NCBI GenBank assembly: GCA_965204745.1
Contig: OZ242010.1
Location: 768,001 to 832,000 of the forward strand
DNA length: 64,000 nt
Reading direction: 5' to 3'
Source: Candidatus Latescibacterota bacterium
Lineage (GTDB): Bacteria > Latescibacterota > UBA2968
Shown here: positions 18,570 to 27,354 of the stretch, in pieces
Numbering within the stretch: the first letter of the stretch is position 1
Layout: the number at the start of each line of letters is the position of its first letter
Notes under the pieces: model-generated
Database searches by the model: none
Seen by the model: the letters and a program-made list of their open reading frames with translations, nothing else
What the model was told of the DNA's origin: nothing
Made by a program: the position numbers and the translations under genes

Positions 18570-18701
18570 ACTTCCAAGATACAAGAGGGGAGAAGTGAAA
18601 GGCGAGAGGCCGGGGAATATGAGCCGGAACAACGCACACGGCGGAGCGGCGGCGGGGATGGGCACGCACGGGCGGCGGAGCGGAAGCGGGGGACTGATTC
18701 C

Positions 18702-19361
18702 ATGATCAAAATCGCGCCATCATTTCTCTCTGCGGATTTTCGAGCGCTGGAACAGCAGGTGCGCTCGGTTGAAGACGCGGGGGCAGAGTATATCCATCTG
18801 GACATTATGGACGGGCATTTTGTGCCCAATTTGACATTTGGCCCACTGGTGGTTGAGGCCATTCGCAAGACCGCGGATTTGGTGCTAGATGTCCATCTCA
18901 TGATCGCCGAACCGGGGAAATATCTGAAGGATTTTGTCCAGGCGGGCGCGGATATTTTGACGGTGCATGTGGAGGTGGAAGAAGATGTGCCCGCGCTGTT
19001 GTATCGCATCCACGAGGCCGATGTGAAAGCCGGGGCCACGTTGCGGCCGAGCACGCCGGTCGAGGCGTTGTTCCCGTTGCTACCCGAGTTGGATCTCGCG
19101 CTGATTATGTCGGTCGAGCCGGGGTTTGGGGGGCAGGCGTTTATGCCGAAATCGCTGGATCGGGTGCGGGCATTAAAAGCCGAGATCGCGCGCCGAGGGT
19201 TGGATGTCGAGATCGAGATCGACGGGGGCATTGACGTGGATAATGCCCGCGAGGTCGCCAAAGCCGGGGCGCGAGTGCTCGTCGCGGGGTCCGCGATATT
19301 TCGCAATGGGGCGATAGCAGAAAACGTGCGGGCGATTCGCAGCACCGCGATGGGGGGATGA
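18702..19361 (+). CDS. rpe: Ribulose-phosphate 3-epimerase
   Basis: IAPSFLSADF, HLDIMDGHFVPNLTFG, DVHLM, MSVEPGFGGQ, IDGGI. Confidence 0.97.
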   Translation: MIKIAPSFLSADFRALEQQVRSVEDAGAEYIHLDIMDGHFVPNLTFGPLVVEAIRKTADLVLDVHLMIAEPGKYLKDFVQAGADILTVHVEVEEDVPALLYRIHEADVKAGATLRPSTPVEALFPLLPELDLALIMSVEPGFGGQAFMPKSLDRVRALKAEIARRGLDVEIEIDGGIDVDNAREVAKAGARVLVAGSAIFRNGAIAENVRAIRSTAMGG

Positions 19362-19439
19362 ACAGATGAATTGCTTGCGTGAATGAGGCGAATCCTCTAT
19401 ATTGTGCAATCTTTACCCGCGATTTTGAAGGGTTTTTTT

Positions 19440-20759
19440 ATGTTTGAAATGCTGACAGATCGCCTCAATGGCGTTTTTAAGAAACTCCGCAACCGCGGCC
19501 GGTTGCGCGAGTCGAACATCGACGAGGCCATGCGCGAGGTGCGCCGCGCATTGCTCGAAGCCGATGTCAACTACAAGGTTGCCCGCTCGTTCATCGCGCG
19601 TGTCAAAGAACGCGCGCTCGGACGAGCGGTGATCAAGAGCATTGCGCCCGGGCAACAGGTCGTGAAAATCGTCCATGACGAATTGATCGCGCTGATGGGC
19701 GAGCGCAATGCCGGGTTGCAATTTGCAGAAACCCCGCCCTCGGCAGTGATGATGGTCGGGCTTCAGGGATCGGGCAAAACCACATCCGCGGCAAAATTGG
19801 CCCGGTTGTTGGCATCGCAAAACAAAAAGCCCCTGCTCGTGGCAGCCGATATTTATCGCCCGGCGGCCATCGATCAACTCTGCGTGCTCGGCGAGCAAAT
19901 CGGCGTGCCCGTGCATCGGTCCCCGCAAGGGACGGATCCGGTCGATATCGCGCTTCGAGGGATGGATCGGGCGCGGCGGGAAAACCGCGATGTGGTCATT
20001 CTCGATACCGCGGGCAGGTTGCATGTGGATGACGAGCGCATGGATGAGGTGTCTCGCATCCGCGAAGCCGTATCGCCCTCTGAAATTCTGTTCGCGTGCG
20101 ACGCGATGACCGGGCAAGATGCGGTATCGTCTGCGTCTGCGTTTTACAAAACCCTCGCGTTTTCGGGCGTGATCCTCACGCGCATGGACAGCGATACCCG
20201 AGGCGGCGCAGCCTTGTCCATCCGCGAAGTGACGGGCGTTCCGATCAAGTACATCGGCGTCAGCGAAAAGGTCGATGGCCTCGAGGTGTTTCACCCAGAC
20301 CGCATGGCCTCGCGCATCTTGGGCATGGGCGACGTGGTGACGCTGGTGGAAAAAGCACAGGCGACCATTGACGAAGCGCAGGCCAAAAAGGTCGAGCAAA
20401 AATTTCGGTCCGCGTCGTTCACATTCGACGATTTCCTCGAGCAACTGGGGCAAATCAAGCAGATGGGGCCGCTGGATCAGTTGATGCCAATGATCCCCGG
20501 CATGGGCAAGTCCATGCCGCAGGTGGATGAAAAAACCTTCTCGCACGTCGAGGCGATTATCTATTCGATGACGCCTATCGAACGCGCCAAGCCGCACATC
20601 ATCAACGGCAGCAGGCGCAAACGCATTGCAAAAGGCAGCGGACGCACGGTTCAGGACGTCAACAAGTTGCTCAAGCAATTCAACGCGATGCAAAAAATGA
20701 TGAAGCGCGCGGCCCGAATGGAAAAACAGGGCAAAATGGCATTTCCCATGTTCAGATAA
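19440..20759 (+). CDS. ffh: Signal recognition particle protein
   Basis: ALLEADV, GLQGSGKTT, DTAGR, PDRMASRILGMGD, M domain. Confidence 0.97.
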   Translation: MFEMLTDRLNGVFKKLRNRGRLRESNIDEAMREVRRALLEADVNYKVARSFIARVKERALGRAVIKSIAPGQQVVKIVHDELIALMGERNAGLQFAETPPSAVMMVGLQGSGKTTSAAKLARLLASQNKKPLLVAADIYRPAAIDQLCVLGEQIGVPVHRSPQGTDPVDIALRGMDRARRENRDVVILDTAGRLHVDDERMDEVSRIREAVSPSEILFACDAMTGQDAVSSASAFYKTLAFSGVILTRMDSDTRGGAALSIREVTGVPIKYIGVSEKVDGLEVFHPDRMASRILGMGDVVTLVEKAQATIDEAQAKKVEQKFRSASFTFDDFLEQLGQIKQMGPLDQLMPMIPGMGKSMPQVDEKTFSHVEAIIYSMTPIERAKPHIINGSRRKRIAKGSGRTVQDVNKLLKQFNAMQKMMKRAARMEKQGKMAFPMFR

Positions 20760-20774
20760 GCAAAGGAGTGAGCT

Positions 20775-21086
20775 TTGGTTCGACTTCGCTTGCGCCGTAT
20801 GGGCGCGAAAAAAGCACCGTTTTACCGCGTGGTGGCAGCCGATGCCTCGTCGCCGCGCGACGGTCGGTTCATCGAGGTTTTGGGGCATTACAATCCCACG
20901 AAGAACCCTCAAATCATCGAGTTGAAAGAAGACCGCGTGATGTACTGGTTGGGCGTGGGCGCGCAACCCTCCGAGACGGTACGCAGTTTGTTCCGCAAAA
21001 AGGGCTTGTTGCAAAAGGCGCACAAAGCGCGTTTGGCCGCTCGAGAACCCGCAGAGGCCGAAGCGCAACCCCCGTCTGAGGAGTGA
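20775..21086 (+). CDS. rpsP: 30S ribosomal protein S16
   Basis: [35 protein letters not shown]. Confidence 0.97.
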   Translation: MVRLRLRRMGAKKAPFYRVVAADASSPRDGRFIEVLGHYNPTKNPQIIELKEDRVMYWLGVGAQPSETVRSLFRKKGLLQKAHKARLAAREPAEAEAQPPSEE

Positions 21087-21089
21087 GCC

Positions 21090-21590
21090 TTGCAGCCGGA
21101 TTTTGTCGCCATTGGCAAAATTATGAAGCCCCGAGGCATTCGCGGCGAGGCGTTTTTGCTCCCGCTGACCGATTTTCCCGAGCGGTTTGAAGATTTGGAT
21201 GCCGTGCGCGTGGAATCACCTGATGGCGCGTTTTCCTCATTGGATGTGGCGTATGTCCGCGCTTATGGGCCGCGCACGGCAATCAAGTTTCAGGGCATCG
21301 ACACGCCCGAAGATGTGGGGCGTTTGCGCGGGCATTTTGTTTTCGTGACGCACGATGCCGTGCATCCCTTGCCCGAGGATGCGTTTTATGTGTTTCAGAT
21401 CGAAGGGTTGCCGGTTGAAACCGCGTCGGGACAGAGGGTGGGACAAGTGGTGGAGGTCTTGTCGTATCCGGCCAATGATGTGTACGTGGTGGATCGCAAT
21501 GGCGAAGATGTGTTGATCCCTGCGGTGCGCGAGTTCGTCCGCGTGGATAAGGACAAAATTGTGGTGCAAGAGATCGAAGGGCTTTTGTAG
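21090..21590 (+). CDS. rimM: 16S rRNA processing protein RimM
   Basis: IGKIMKPRGIRGE, ANDVYVV, LIPAV; conserved operon position. Confidence 0.95.
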   Translation: MQPDFVAIGKIMKPRGIRGEAFLLPLTDFPERFEDLDAVRVESPDGAFSSLDVAYVRAYGPRTAIKFQGIDTPEDVGRLRGHFVFVTHDAVHPLPEDAFYVFQIEGLPVETASGQRVGQVVEVLSYPANDVYVVDRNGEDVLIPAVREFVRVDKDKIVVQEIEGLL

Positions 21591-21593
21591 GCG

Positions 21594-22262
21594 ATGATGC
21601 GAATTGACGTCCTCACGATTTTTCCGGATTTGATTCGGGATGTGCTGAAATACAGCATTCCGCGCCGCGCAATGGCCTCGGGATTGGTCGATGTCGTCGC
21701 GCACGACCTTCGGGATTACGCGGATGACAAGCACAAAACGATTGATGCCGCGCCCTACGGTGGGGGCGCGGGAATGATCTTTAAGCCCGAACCCATCGCA
21801 CGCGCCCTGAAAGCCCTCCCATCGGGGGGGCGCGTCGTTTTTCTCACGCCGCAAGGCCGGCCATTTACGCAATCCGTCGCCAACGCGCTGTCGCTGGTTG
21901 ACCACCTCATTTTGCTGTGCGGGCACTATCGCGGCATTGATGAGCGCGTCCGCGAGCACTATGTCGACGACGAGATTTCCATAGGCGATTACGTGCTCAG
22001 CGGCGGCGAATTGCCCGCCCTGGTTGTGATCGACGCGCTGATTCGCCTGATTCCCGGTGCCCTTGGCAATGCCGAGTCCGCGCTCGAAGATTCGTTTCAA
22101 AATGGCTTGTTGGATTGCGCGTGGTACACGCGACCACGAGAATTTGAAGGCGCGACCGTGCCACAGGCCCTGTTGAGCGGGGATCACGAAAAAGTCGCCC
22201 AATGGCGACGCGACAATGCAAGACAGCGCACGCGGGCACGCCGGCCCGATCTTAAGGCGTGA
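21594..22262 (+). CDS. trmD: tRNA (guanine37-N1)-methyltransferase
   Basis: PYGGGAGM, LTPQG, CGHYRGIDER, SIGDYVLSGGE. Confidence 0.97.
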   Translation: MMRIDVLTIFPDLIRDVLKYSIPRRAMASGLVDVVAHDLRDYADDKHKTIDAAPYGGGAGMIFKPEPIARALKALPSGGRVVFLTPQGRPFTQSVANALSLVDHLILLCGHYRGIDERVREHYVDDEISIGDYVLSGGELPALVVIDALIRLIPGALGNAESALEDSFQNGLLDCAWYTRPREFEGATVPQALLSGDHEKVAQWRRDNARQRTRARRPDLKA

Positions 22263-22411
22263 GAGGTAAGAGGCGAGAGGTGAGAAGGCCGCTCACCCCC
22301 AACCCCAAGCGGTTAGCAAAACCAGTAGTCCTTTACCCTGTCCTGGTCTCATCAACCGTAGAGGCAAGGCCCCGTGCCTGTCCTCGCACCCTAAAAAAGA
22401 AAGGAATGAAC

Positions 22412-22792
22412 ATGGCAACAACAGTTGAAGAACTCGCAAAAGAGCAAGCGATACTCGACGCCAAATTGCAACGGGTTGAGCGAGAGCAACAAGCCCTAAG
22501 TCGATCCCAAGCGGATATTCGAGAGCGTCAAACGCGAGCAGAAGAAACGGATAAACGGATATTAGACCAGTTGACGTTTATCCATGCCGATATGAACAGG
22601 CGATTCGAAAGCGTGGAGAGGCAATTTGACAATGTGGAGAGGCAATTTGACAATGTGGAGAGGCGATTTGCCGAACTCAAAGCGGATATTGACGCGCTCA
22701 AAAACAACAGGCGTTGGATGATTACGACCTTCATTGCATGCGTCATTGCCATATCGGCTTTGGTTTCTCTCGGCGTGAAATTGTGGGAATAG
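22412..22792 (+). CDS. Small coiled-coil protein with C-terminal TM helix (XhlA/DUF1640/BDR-like), paralogue A
   Basis: AAGGA RBS, heptads FESVERQ-FDNVERQ-FDNVERR, RWMITTFIACVIA TM. Confidence 0.7.
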   Translation: MATTVEELAKEQAILDAKLQRVEREQQALSRSQADIRERQTRAEETDKRILDQLTFIHADMNRRFESVERQFDNVERQFDNVERRFAELKADIDALKNNRRWMITTFIACVIAISALVSLGVKLWE

Positions 22793-23013
22793 CCCAAGCG
22801 GTCAGCGGTTAGCAAAACCAGTAGTCAGTAGTCAGTCCACCCAGGCCAACCCCAAAAGGCGTGAGAGGTAAGAGGCGAAAGGGGAGAAGGCCGCTCACCT
22901 CCAACCCCGAGCGGTTAGCAAAACAAGTAGTCCTTTACCCCGTCCTGGTCTCATCAACCGTAGAGGCAAGGCCCCGTGCCTGTCCTCGCGCCAAAAAAAA
23001 GAAAGGAATGAAC

Positions 23014-23331
23014 ATGGCAGTAACAGTTGAAGAACTCGCAACAGAGCAAGCGATACTCGACGCCAAATTGCAACGGGTTGAGCAAGACCAGCAAAATCTT
23101 GGGCAATCGCAGGCCGATCTGCAAGGACGCCTAACGCGAGCAGAGGAAACGGATAAGCGGATATTAGACCAGTTGACGTTTATCCATGCCGATATGAACA
23201 GGCGATTTGCCGAACTCAAAGCGGATATTGATGCGCTGAAAGATAGTAGGCGTTGGATGATTACGACCTTCATTGCATGCGTCATCGCCATATCGGCTTC
23301 GGTTTCTCTCGCCGTGAAATTGTGGGAATAG
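23014..23331 (+). CDS. Small coiled-coil protein with C-terminal TM helix, paralogue B
   Basis: Close paralogue of 22412-22792 lacking the three extra heptads. Confidence 0.7.
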   Translation: MAVTVEELATEQAILDAKLQRVEQDQQNLGQSQADLQGRLTRAEETDKRILDQLTFIHADMNRRFAELKADIDALKDSRRWMITTFIACVIAISASVSLAVKLWE

Positions 23332-23579
23332 CCCCAAGTGGTCAGTGGTTAGCAAAACCAGTAGTCAGTGGTCAGTAGTCAGTAGCCAGTCCACCCAGTC
23401 CGACCCCAAAAGGCGTGAGAGGTAAGAGGCGAAAAGTGAGAAGGCCGCTCACCCCTAACCCCAAGCGGTCAGTGGTCAGTCCATCCCACCCCATCAACCG
23501 TAGGGACAGGCCCCCGTGCCTGTCCTTGCACCTAGCCATAAAGACAAGCATTTACTTTTCACTTTTTCAAGGAGTAATC

Positions 23580-23930
23580 ATGGATGCCATTTTGGAATCT
23601 GTTGCTCACGCGCAACTACGAGGCGATGTGCCCCCGTTTGGCACGGGCGATACCGTGCGCGTGCATGTGCGCGTGGTGGAAGGCGAGAAGGAACGCATTC
23701 AGCTTTTTGAGGGTGTGGTGATTCAGCGCAAAGGCACGGGCATTCACGCGACATTTACGGTTCGCAAAATCAGCACGGGCGGCGTGGGGGTCGAGCGCAT
23801 CTTTCCCCTGCACACGCCGCGCATTGCCCAAATTGACGTGTTGCGCCGCGGCAAAGTGCGGCGGTCGAAAATTTACTACATGCGCGATTTGCGCGGTCGC
23901 GCTGCCCGCATTGCAGAACGGAGGACCTAA
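23580..23930 (+). CDS. rplS: 50S ribosomal protein L19
   Basis: [43 protein letters not shown]. Confidence 0.97.
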   Translation: MDAILESVAHAQLRGDVPPFGTGDTVRVHVRVVEGEKERIQLFEGVVIQRKGTGIHATFTVRKISTGGVGVERIFPLHTPRIAQIDVLRRGKVRRSKIYYMRDLRGRAARIAERRT

Positions 23931-24193
23931 TGCCTTCGCGCCGCTACCAACGCCGAACGCCCAAACGCGATCCAAAACGCGCCTTGCCCTATTCAGAGCG
24001 CAACTGGCGGCTTTTTGGACTGGGGCTTGGCGTCATCGCACTGGGCTATGTGTTTTTGTCGCGCCCGCCCGTGGATGGCTTTTTGTCGCTCACGCTGGCG
24101 CCCCTGTTGCTCGTGCTCGGCTATTGCGTCTTGATCCCCATGGCTTTGCTCAAGGGCGAGAAGAAGGAGGAATCGGCAACCGATTCGCAATAG
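23930..24193 (+). CDS. Small two-TM membrane protein (DUF3098-like)
   Basis: LPYSERNW-TM...SLTLAPLLLVLGY pattern. Confidence 0.6.
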   Translation: MPSRRYQRRTPKRDPKRALPYSERNWRLFGLGLGVIALGYVFLSRPPVDGFLSLTLAPLLLVLGYCVLIPMALLKGEKKEESATDSQ

Positions 24194-24203
24194 AAATCTC
24201 CAG

Positions 24204-24277
24204 GGGCGGTTAGCTCAGATGGTTAGAGCGCCTGCCTTACAAGCAGGAGGTCACTGGTTCGAATCCAGTATCGCCCA
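24204..24277 (+). tRNA. tRNA-Val (anticodon TAC)
   Basis: Acceptor GGGCGGT/ATCGCCC, D arm TAGCTCAGATGGTTAGAGC, anticodon arm CCTGC-CTTACAA-GCAGG, GGTTCGAATCC; CCA not encoded. Confidence 0.97.
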
Positions 24278-24301
24278 CCCCATAAACGAATATCGAAAAT
24301 G

Positions 24302-24337
24302 AAAACGGCTTGTGTGAATCCATAGCACAAGCCGTTT
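24302..24337. terminator. Bidirectional terminator hairpin
   Basis: AAACGGCTTGTG...CACAAGCCGTTT between convergent tRNA and hicB. Confidence 0.75.
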
Positions 24338-24353
24338 CTACGAGGTGGGATAC

Positions 24354-24686
24354 TCAAGGCATCCCCAATTTTGTGTTGGCAAGCCGGTTTAGGCTGATGC
24401 CCGCCTCGGCTGCTTCGAGTGCCAACTGCCGGTGCAATGCGGGGGGGACGCGCACCATGAATTTTCCACTATGAGATTTGGCAGCAATCGGTTTCGGAAT
24501 GGATTCGCCATTTGCCGCCAAATCGACCACCACATCGGCCACGACTTTGCGAATGCCTTTGAGCGCGGCTTCAGGCGTGGATGCCAACCAACTCAGGCTG
24601 GAAAATTCCGCGCACAATCCCACGTATTCCGAGTCGGTTTCGGACCAAGTGACCCGGTACGTATATCGGTCGTTTTTCAATGCCAT
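24354..24686 (-). CDS. hicB: HicB-family antitoxin
   Basis: YTYRVTWSE..EYVGLCAEF, SGKFMVRVPPALHRQLALEAAE RHH-type domain. Confidence 0.9.
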   Translation of the reverse strand: MALKNDRYTYRVTWSETDSEYVGLCAEFSSLSWLASTPEAALKGIRKVVADVVVDLAANGESIPKPIAAKSHSGKFMVRVPPALHRQLALEAAEAGISLNRLANTKLGMP

Positions 24687-24687
24687 G

Positions 24688-24933
24688 TCATTTCCCCTTC
24701 AAGCGCGCGATGGCTTTTAGGACTTGCGTGATTTGATAGACTTTTGCCATGCCTTTGTCGTTCTGGATGTTCACCCTCGGGTCCCCGGCCCAAGGGGTTT
24801 TGTAAATGCGATGACTGCTACCGCGTTGCCGGGGCATGCCAAAGTAGGCATCGCACACCTTGCACAGATCGCGGAAACGAATCCCTTTTGGATTCCGTTG
24901 CATCGCCGCGAGGATTGCTTCAATATCGGACAT
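24688..24933 (-). CDS. hicA: HicA-family toxin
   Basis: GSSHRIYKTPW.GDPRVNIQ, AKVYQ; directly upstream of hicB. Confidence 0.85.
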   Translation of the reverse strand: MSDIEAILAAMQRNPKGIRFRDLCKVCDAYFGMPRQRGSSHRIYKTPWAGDPRVNIQNDKGMAKVYQITQVLKAIARLKGK

Positions 24934-24936
24934 ACC

Positions 24937-24968
24937 ATAACAGTATCAATATTGATACCATTTGTCAA
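24937..24968 (-). promoter_or_regulatory. hicAB sigma70-type promoter with palindromic operator
   Basis: TTGACA-N17-TACTGT ending 6 nt before ATG; perfect palindrome GTATCAATATTGATAC at 24943-24958. Confidence 0.65.
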
Positions 24969-25062
24969 TCCGTTGATAGGTATTCGTTTTGGTGGACAGG
25001 TGGGGTGATTGGCGTTATACTCCAAATTGATTTTTTCACGCGATGATCGAAAGGAGTTTGTT

Positions 25063-26265
25063 TTGAATAGCGATCCGGGTATTCCCACGGTTGCGCCAGA
25101 AGATGTGGGGTTGTCGGCTGTGCGGTTGCGCCGCATCAATGCCGTGATGCAACGCTATGTTGACGAGGGCAACTTGGTCAGCATTGTGACGATGGTCTGT
25201 CGGCAGGGCAAGGTGGCGCATTTTCAGTGTTTTGGCACGCAAGACCAAAAAGTGCCCACGCAACGCGATACGATTTTTCGGATTTATTCGATGACCAAGC
25301 CGATTACGACTGTGGCGGCGATGATGCTCTACGAAGAGGGGTTGTTTCAACTCGACGATCCGGTGGCGGATTTTATTCCGGAATTGAAAGATGTGAAGGT
25401 CTTTGCCGGCGCGGGCGTGCCACCTGTGGAGTTGGCGCGTCCCATCGCGATTCGGCATTTGATGACCCACACCTCTGGGCTGACATACGGGTTTTTGGGC
25501 GCGTCGCCGGTCAGTGCGATGTACAATCAGGCGAAAATTTTACGCCCGGACCATTCGACAAAACAGATGGTGCAAACGCTATCGACCCTGCCGCTGGCGA
25601 ATCAACCGGGCGAGGCGTGGCGGTACAGCGTTTCGACAGATGTGCTCGGGCACTTTGTCGAAGTGGTGTCCGGCATGTCGCTCGACGCGTTTTTCAAAAC
25701 GCGCATTTTTGAGCCGCTGGGCATGGTGGATACCGGGTTTTGGGTGCGCGAGGGCCAAGGGCATCGGTTTGCGACGAATTACGGCCCGGCACAAGGCGGT
25801 GGGATTCGGGTGATCGACGACCCGGCGACGAGCAAGTTTTCCAGTCCGCAAAAATTCTTCTCCGGTGGTGGCGGCTTGGTCTCCACGGCGGCTGATTACT
25901 GCCGCTTTTGCCACCTCTTGCTCAACGAGGGCGCGTTTCGCAACGTGCGCTTGCTCGGCCGCAAGACCGTTGAATTGATGACGATGAACCACTTGCCCGC
26001 CGCGATTATGCCGATTTCTCTGGGCCTGTCCAAGTTGCCGGGCGAGGGATTTGGATTGGGCGGCGCGGTTTTGCTCGACATTCCCGCGTCTAACAGCCCG
26101 GGTAGCGTGGGCACATTTCGCTGGGGCGGCGCGGCTACGACCGCGTTCTGGGTCGATTACCGCGAGGAACTCGTCGGGTTGTTGCTCACGCAGTTCATGC
26201 CCGCAAATCACTATCGTATCCGCTCTGAATTTAAGACGCTGGTGTATCAAGCGGTGGTGGAATAG
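25063..26265 (+). CDS. Serine hydrolase (beta-lactamase class C-like family)
   Basis: FRIYSMTK (SxxK), HLMTHTSG, PGEAWRYS, GGGGLVST; start uncertain. Confidence 0.9.
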   Translation: MNSDPGIPTVAPEDVGLSAVRLRRINAVMQRYVDEGNLVSIVTMVCRQGKVAHFQCFGTQDQKVPTQRDTIFRIYSMTKPITTVAAMMLYEEGLFQLDDPVADFIPELKDVKVFAGAGVPPVELARPIAIRHLMTHTSGLTYGFLGASPVSAMYNQAKILRPDHSTKQMVQTLSTLPLANQPGEAWRYSVSTDVLGHFVEVVSGMSLDAFFKTRIFEPLGMVDTGFWVREGQGHRFATNYGPAQGGGIRVIDDPATSKFSSPQKFFSGGGGLVSTAADYCRFCHLLLNEGAFRNVRLLGRKTVELMTMNHLPAAIMPISLGLSKLPGEGFGLGGAVLLDIPASNSPGSVGTFRWGGAATTAFWVDYREELVGLLLTQFMPANHYRIRSEFKTLVYQAVVE

Positions 26266-26281
26266 CACGGAGGAGGTTATC

Positions 26282-27133
26282 GTGAAAACCCCCAAATCCC
26301 CAAATCCCGAACGCAGATTCGGCTACAACATGGACAAGACCGTGCCGCTGGAAGAGGGCATTGCTTGGGGCGCGGCACACGGGTTTTACTACATCGACTT
26401 TCAGGCCGATATGCCGCCCAATGATTTGGCCTCGTTTGACCGGGTGCGCGTCAACCGCATTCGCAATTTGTGCGAACAACACGCGGTGCAAATCGGGGTG
26501 CATCCGTCTTCTGCGATTAACAATGCCGAGTACGTGCCGATTCTGTCCGAAGCGGTTGAGGACTATGTGAACGCCAATTTCGATCTGGCGGTTCGATTGG
26601 GTTGCGGTTGGTTCGTCGGGCACGGGGGCTATCACTTCGGGGATATTGGCTTGCGCCGCGATGTTGCGATAGACCGCATGAAGCGGCTGGTGCATCGGGC
26701 CGAACAAACCGACGTGGCGATCTATTTTGAGAATCACAATTTGGAACCCGAACACGCCGAGATGCACTACTTGCCGCACGATGTCGAGGAGACGCAGTGG
26801 TTTTTCGACGCGATTCAGTCCGATCATTTCAAGTGGGCGTTCAACGTGGCGCACGGCCACCTCGTGCCCGAAGGCTGGTCTGGCTTTCTCGATGCGTTTG
26901 GGGTGGAGAACATCGGTCAAGTGCGCGTGAACGACAACAACGGGGATTACGAAGTCCACTTGGTGCCGGGAGAAGGCACACTCGATTTTGACGCCCTGTT
27001 CAAACGCCTGAACGCGATGGGCTATGCGGGGTGGTTCAGTTTGGGCTTTGGCAATGCCGCGGATAAAATTCGCGTGAAGAAGGAGTTTGAAAGGAAGTGG
27101 TCAGTTTCCACCCCGCTCAACCCCCTTCGGTGA
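26282..27133 (+). CDS. Sugar phosphate isomerase/epimerase (AP endonuclease 2 TIM barrel)
   Basis: FENH, NVAHGH, NDNNGDYEVHLVPGEGTLDF; AGGAGG RBS. Confidence 0.8.
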   Translation: MKTPKSPNPERRFGYNMDKTVPLEEGIAWGAAHGFYYIDFQADMPPNDLASFDRVRVNRIRNLCEQHAVQIGVHPSSAINNAEYVPILSEAVEDYVNANFDLAVRLGCGWFVGHGGYHFGDIGLRRDVAIDRMKRLVHRAEQTDVAIYFENHNLEPEHAEMHYLPHDVEETQWFFDAIQSDHFKWAFNVAHGHLVPEGWSGFLDAFGVENIGQVRVNDNNGDYEVHLVPGEGTLDFDALFKRLNAMGYAGWFSLGFGNAADKIRVKKEFERKWSVSTPLNPLR

Positions 27134-27277
27134 GACGTAAGACGGGAGAGGCGAGACCGCCCCGCCACCGCCCAAGCGGTCAGTGGTCAGTGGTCAGTTC
27201 TCACCCCGCCCAACCCCCTTCGGTGAGACGTAAGACGGGAGAGGTGAGACCGCCCCGCCACCGCCCAAACGGTCAGC
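27097..27277 (+). repeat. Direct duplication of a ~90-bp composite repeat module
   Basis: GTGGTCAGTT..CACCCCGC.CAACCCCCTTCGGTGAGACGTAAGACGGGAGAGG.GAGACCGCCCCGCCACCGCCCAA twice; related copies at 31262-31360 (minus) and ~57990-58075. Confidence 0.85.
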
Positions 27278-27354
27278 CAGTCGATCCGTAGTTTCGCCGA
27301 TTATTCGCTTCGCTCATTTGTGTAGATTCGTCGATTCCCAAAGGAGATTGAACT

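Larger units (their letters stand above)
17289..18586 (-). mobile_element. IS110-family insertion sequence (copy 2)
   Basis: Reverse complement of 10453-11750; flanked by heptamer repeats. Confidence 0.9.
22254..23530 (+). repeat. Tandem cassette-like duplication (units 22254-22855, 22856-23409, partial third unit from 23410)
   Basis: Each unit starts AAGGCGTGAGAGGTAAGAGGCGA and carries a GTAG REP; the two complete units carry paralogous ORFs. Confidence 0.85.

Noticed and set aside
19413-21068. Long antisense ORFs (also 6791-8326, 14373-15575) and the out-of-frame same-strand ORF 46806-48413
   Set aside because: Shadow frames of well-supported GC-rich genes
22259-22411. Upstream GTG starts (MRGKRR...) for the cassette genes and rplS
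   Set aside because: They arise from the repeated heptamer block; downstream ATGs have proper RBSs
24204-24300. Prophage or island integrated at tRNA-Val
   Set aside because: No integrase and no duplicated tRNA 3' end seen in the window
27097-27277. Possible mini-CRISPR
   Set aside because: The whole unit is duplicated; there is no repeat-spacer alternation
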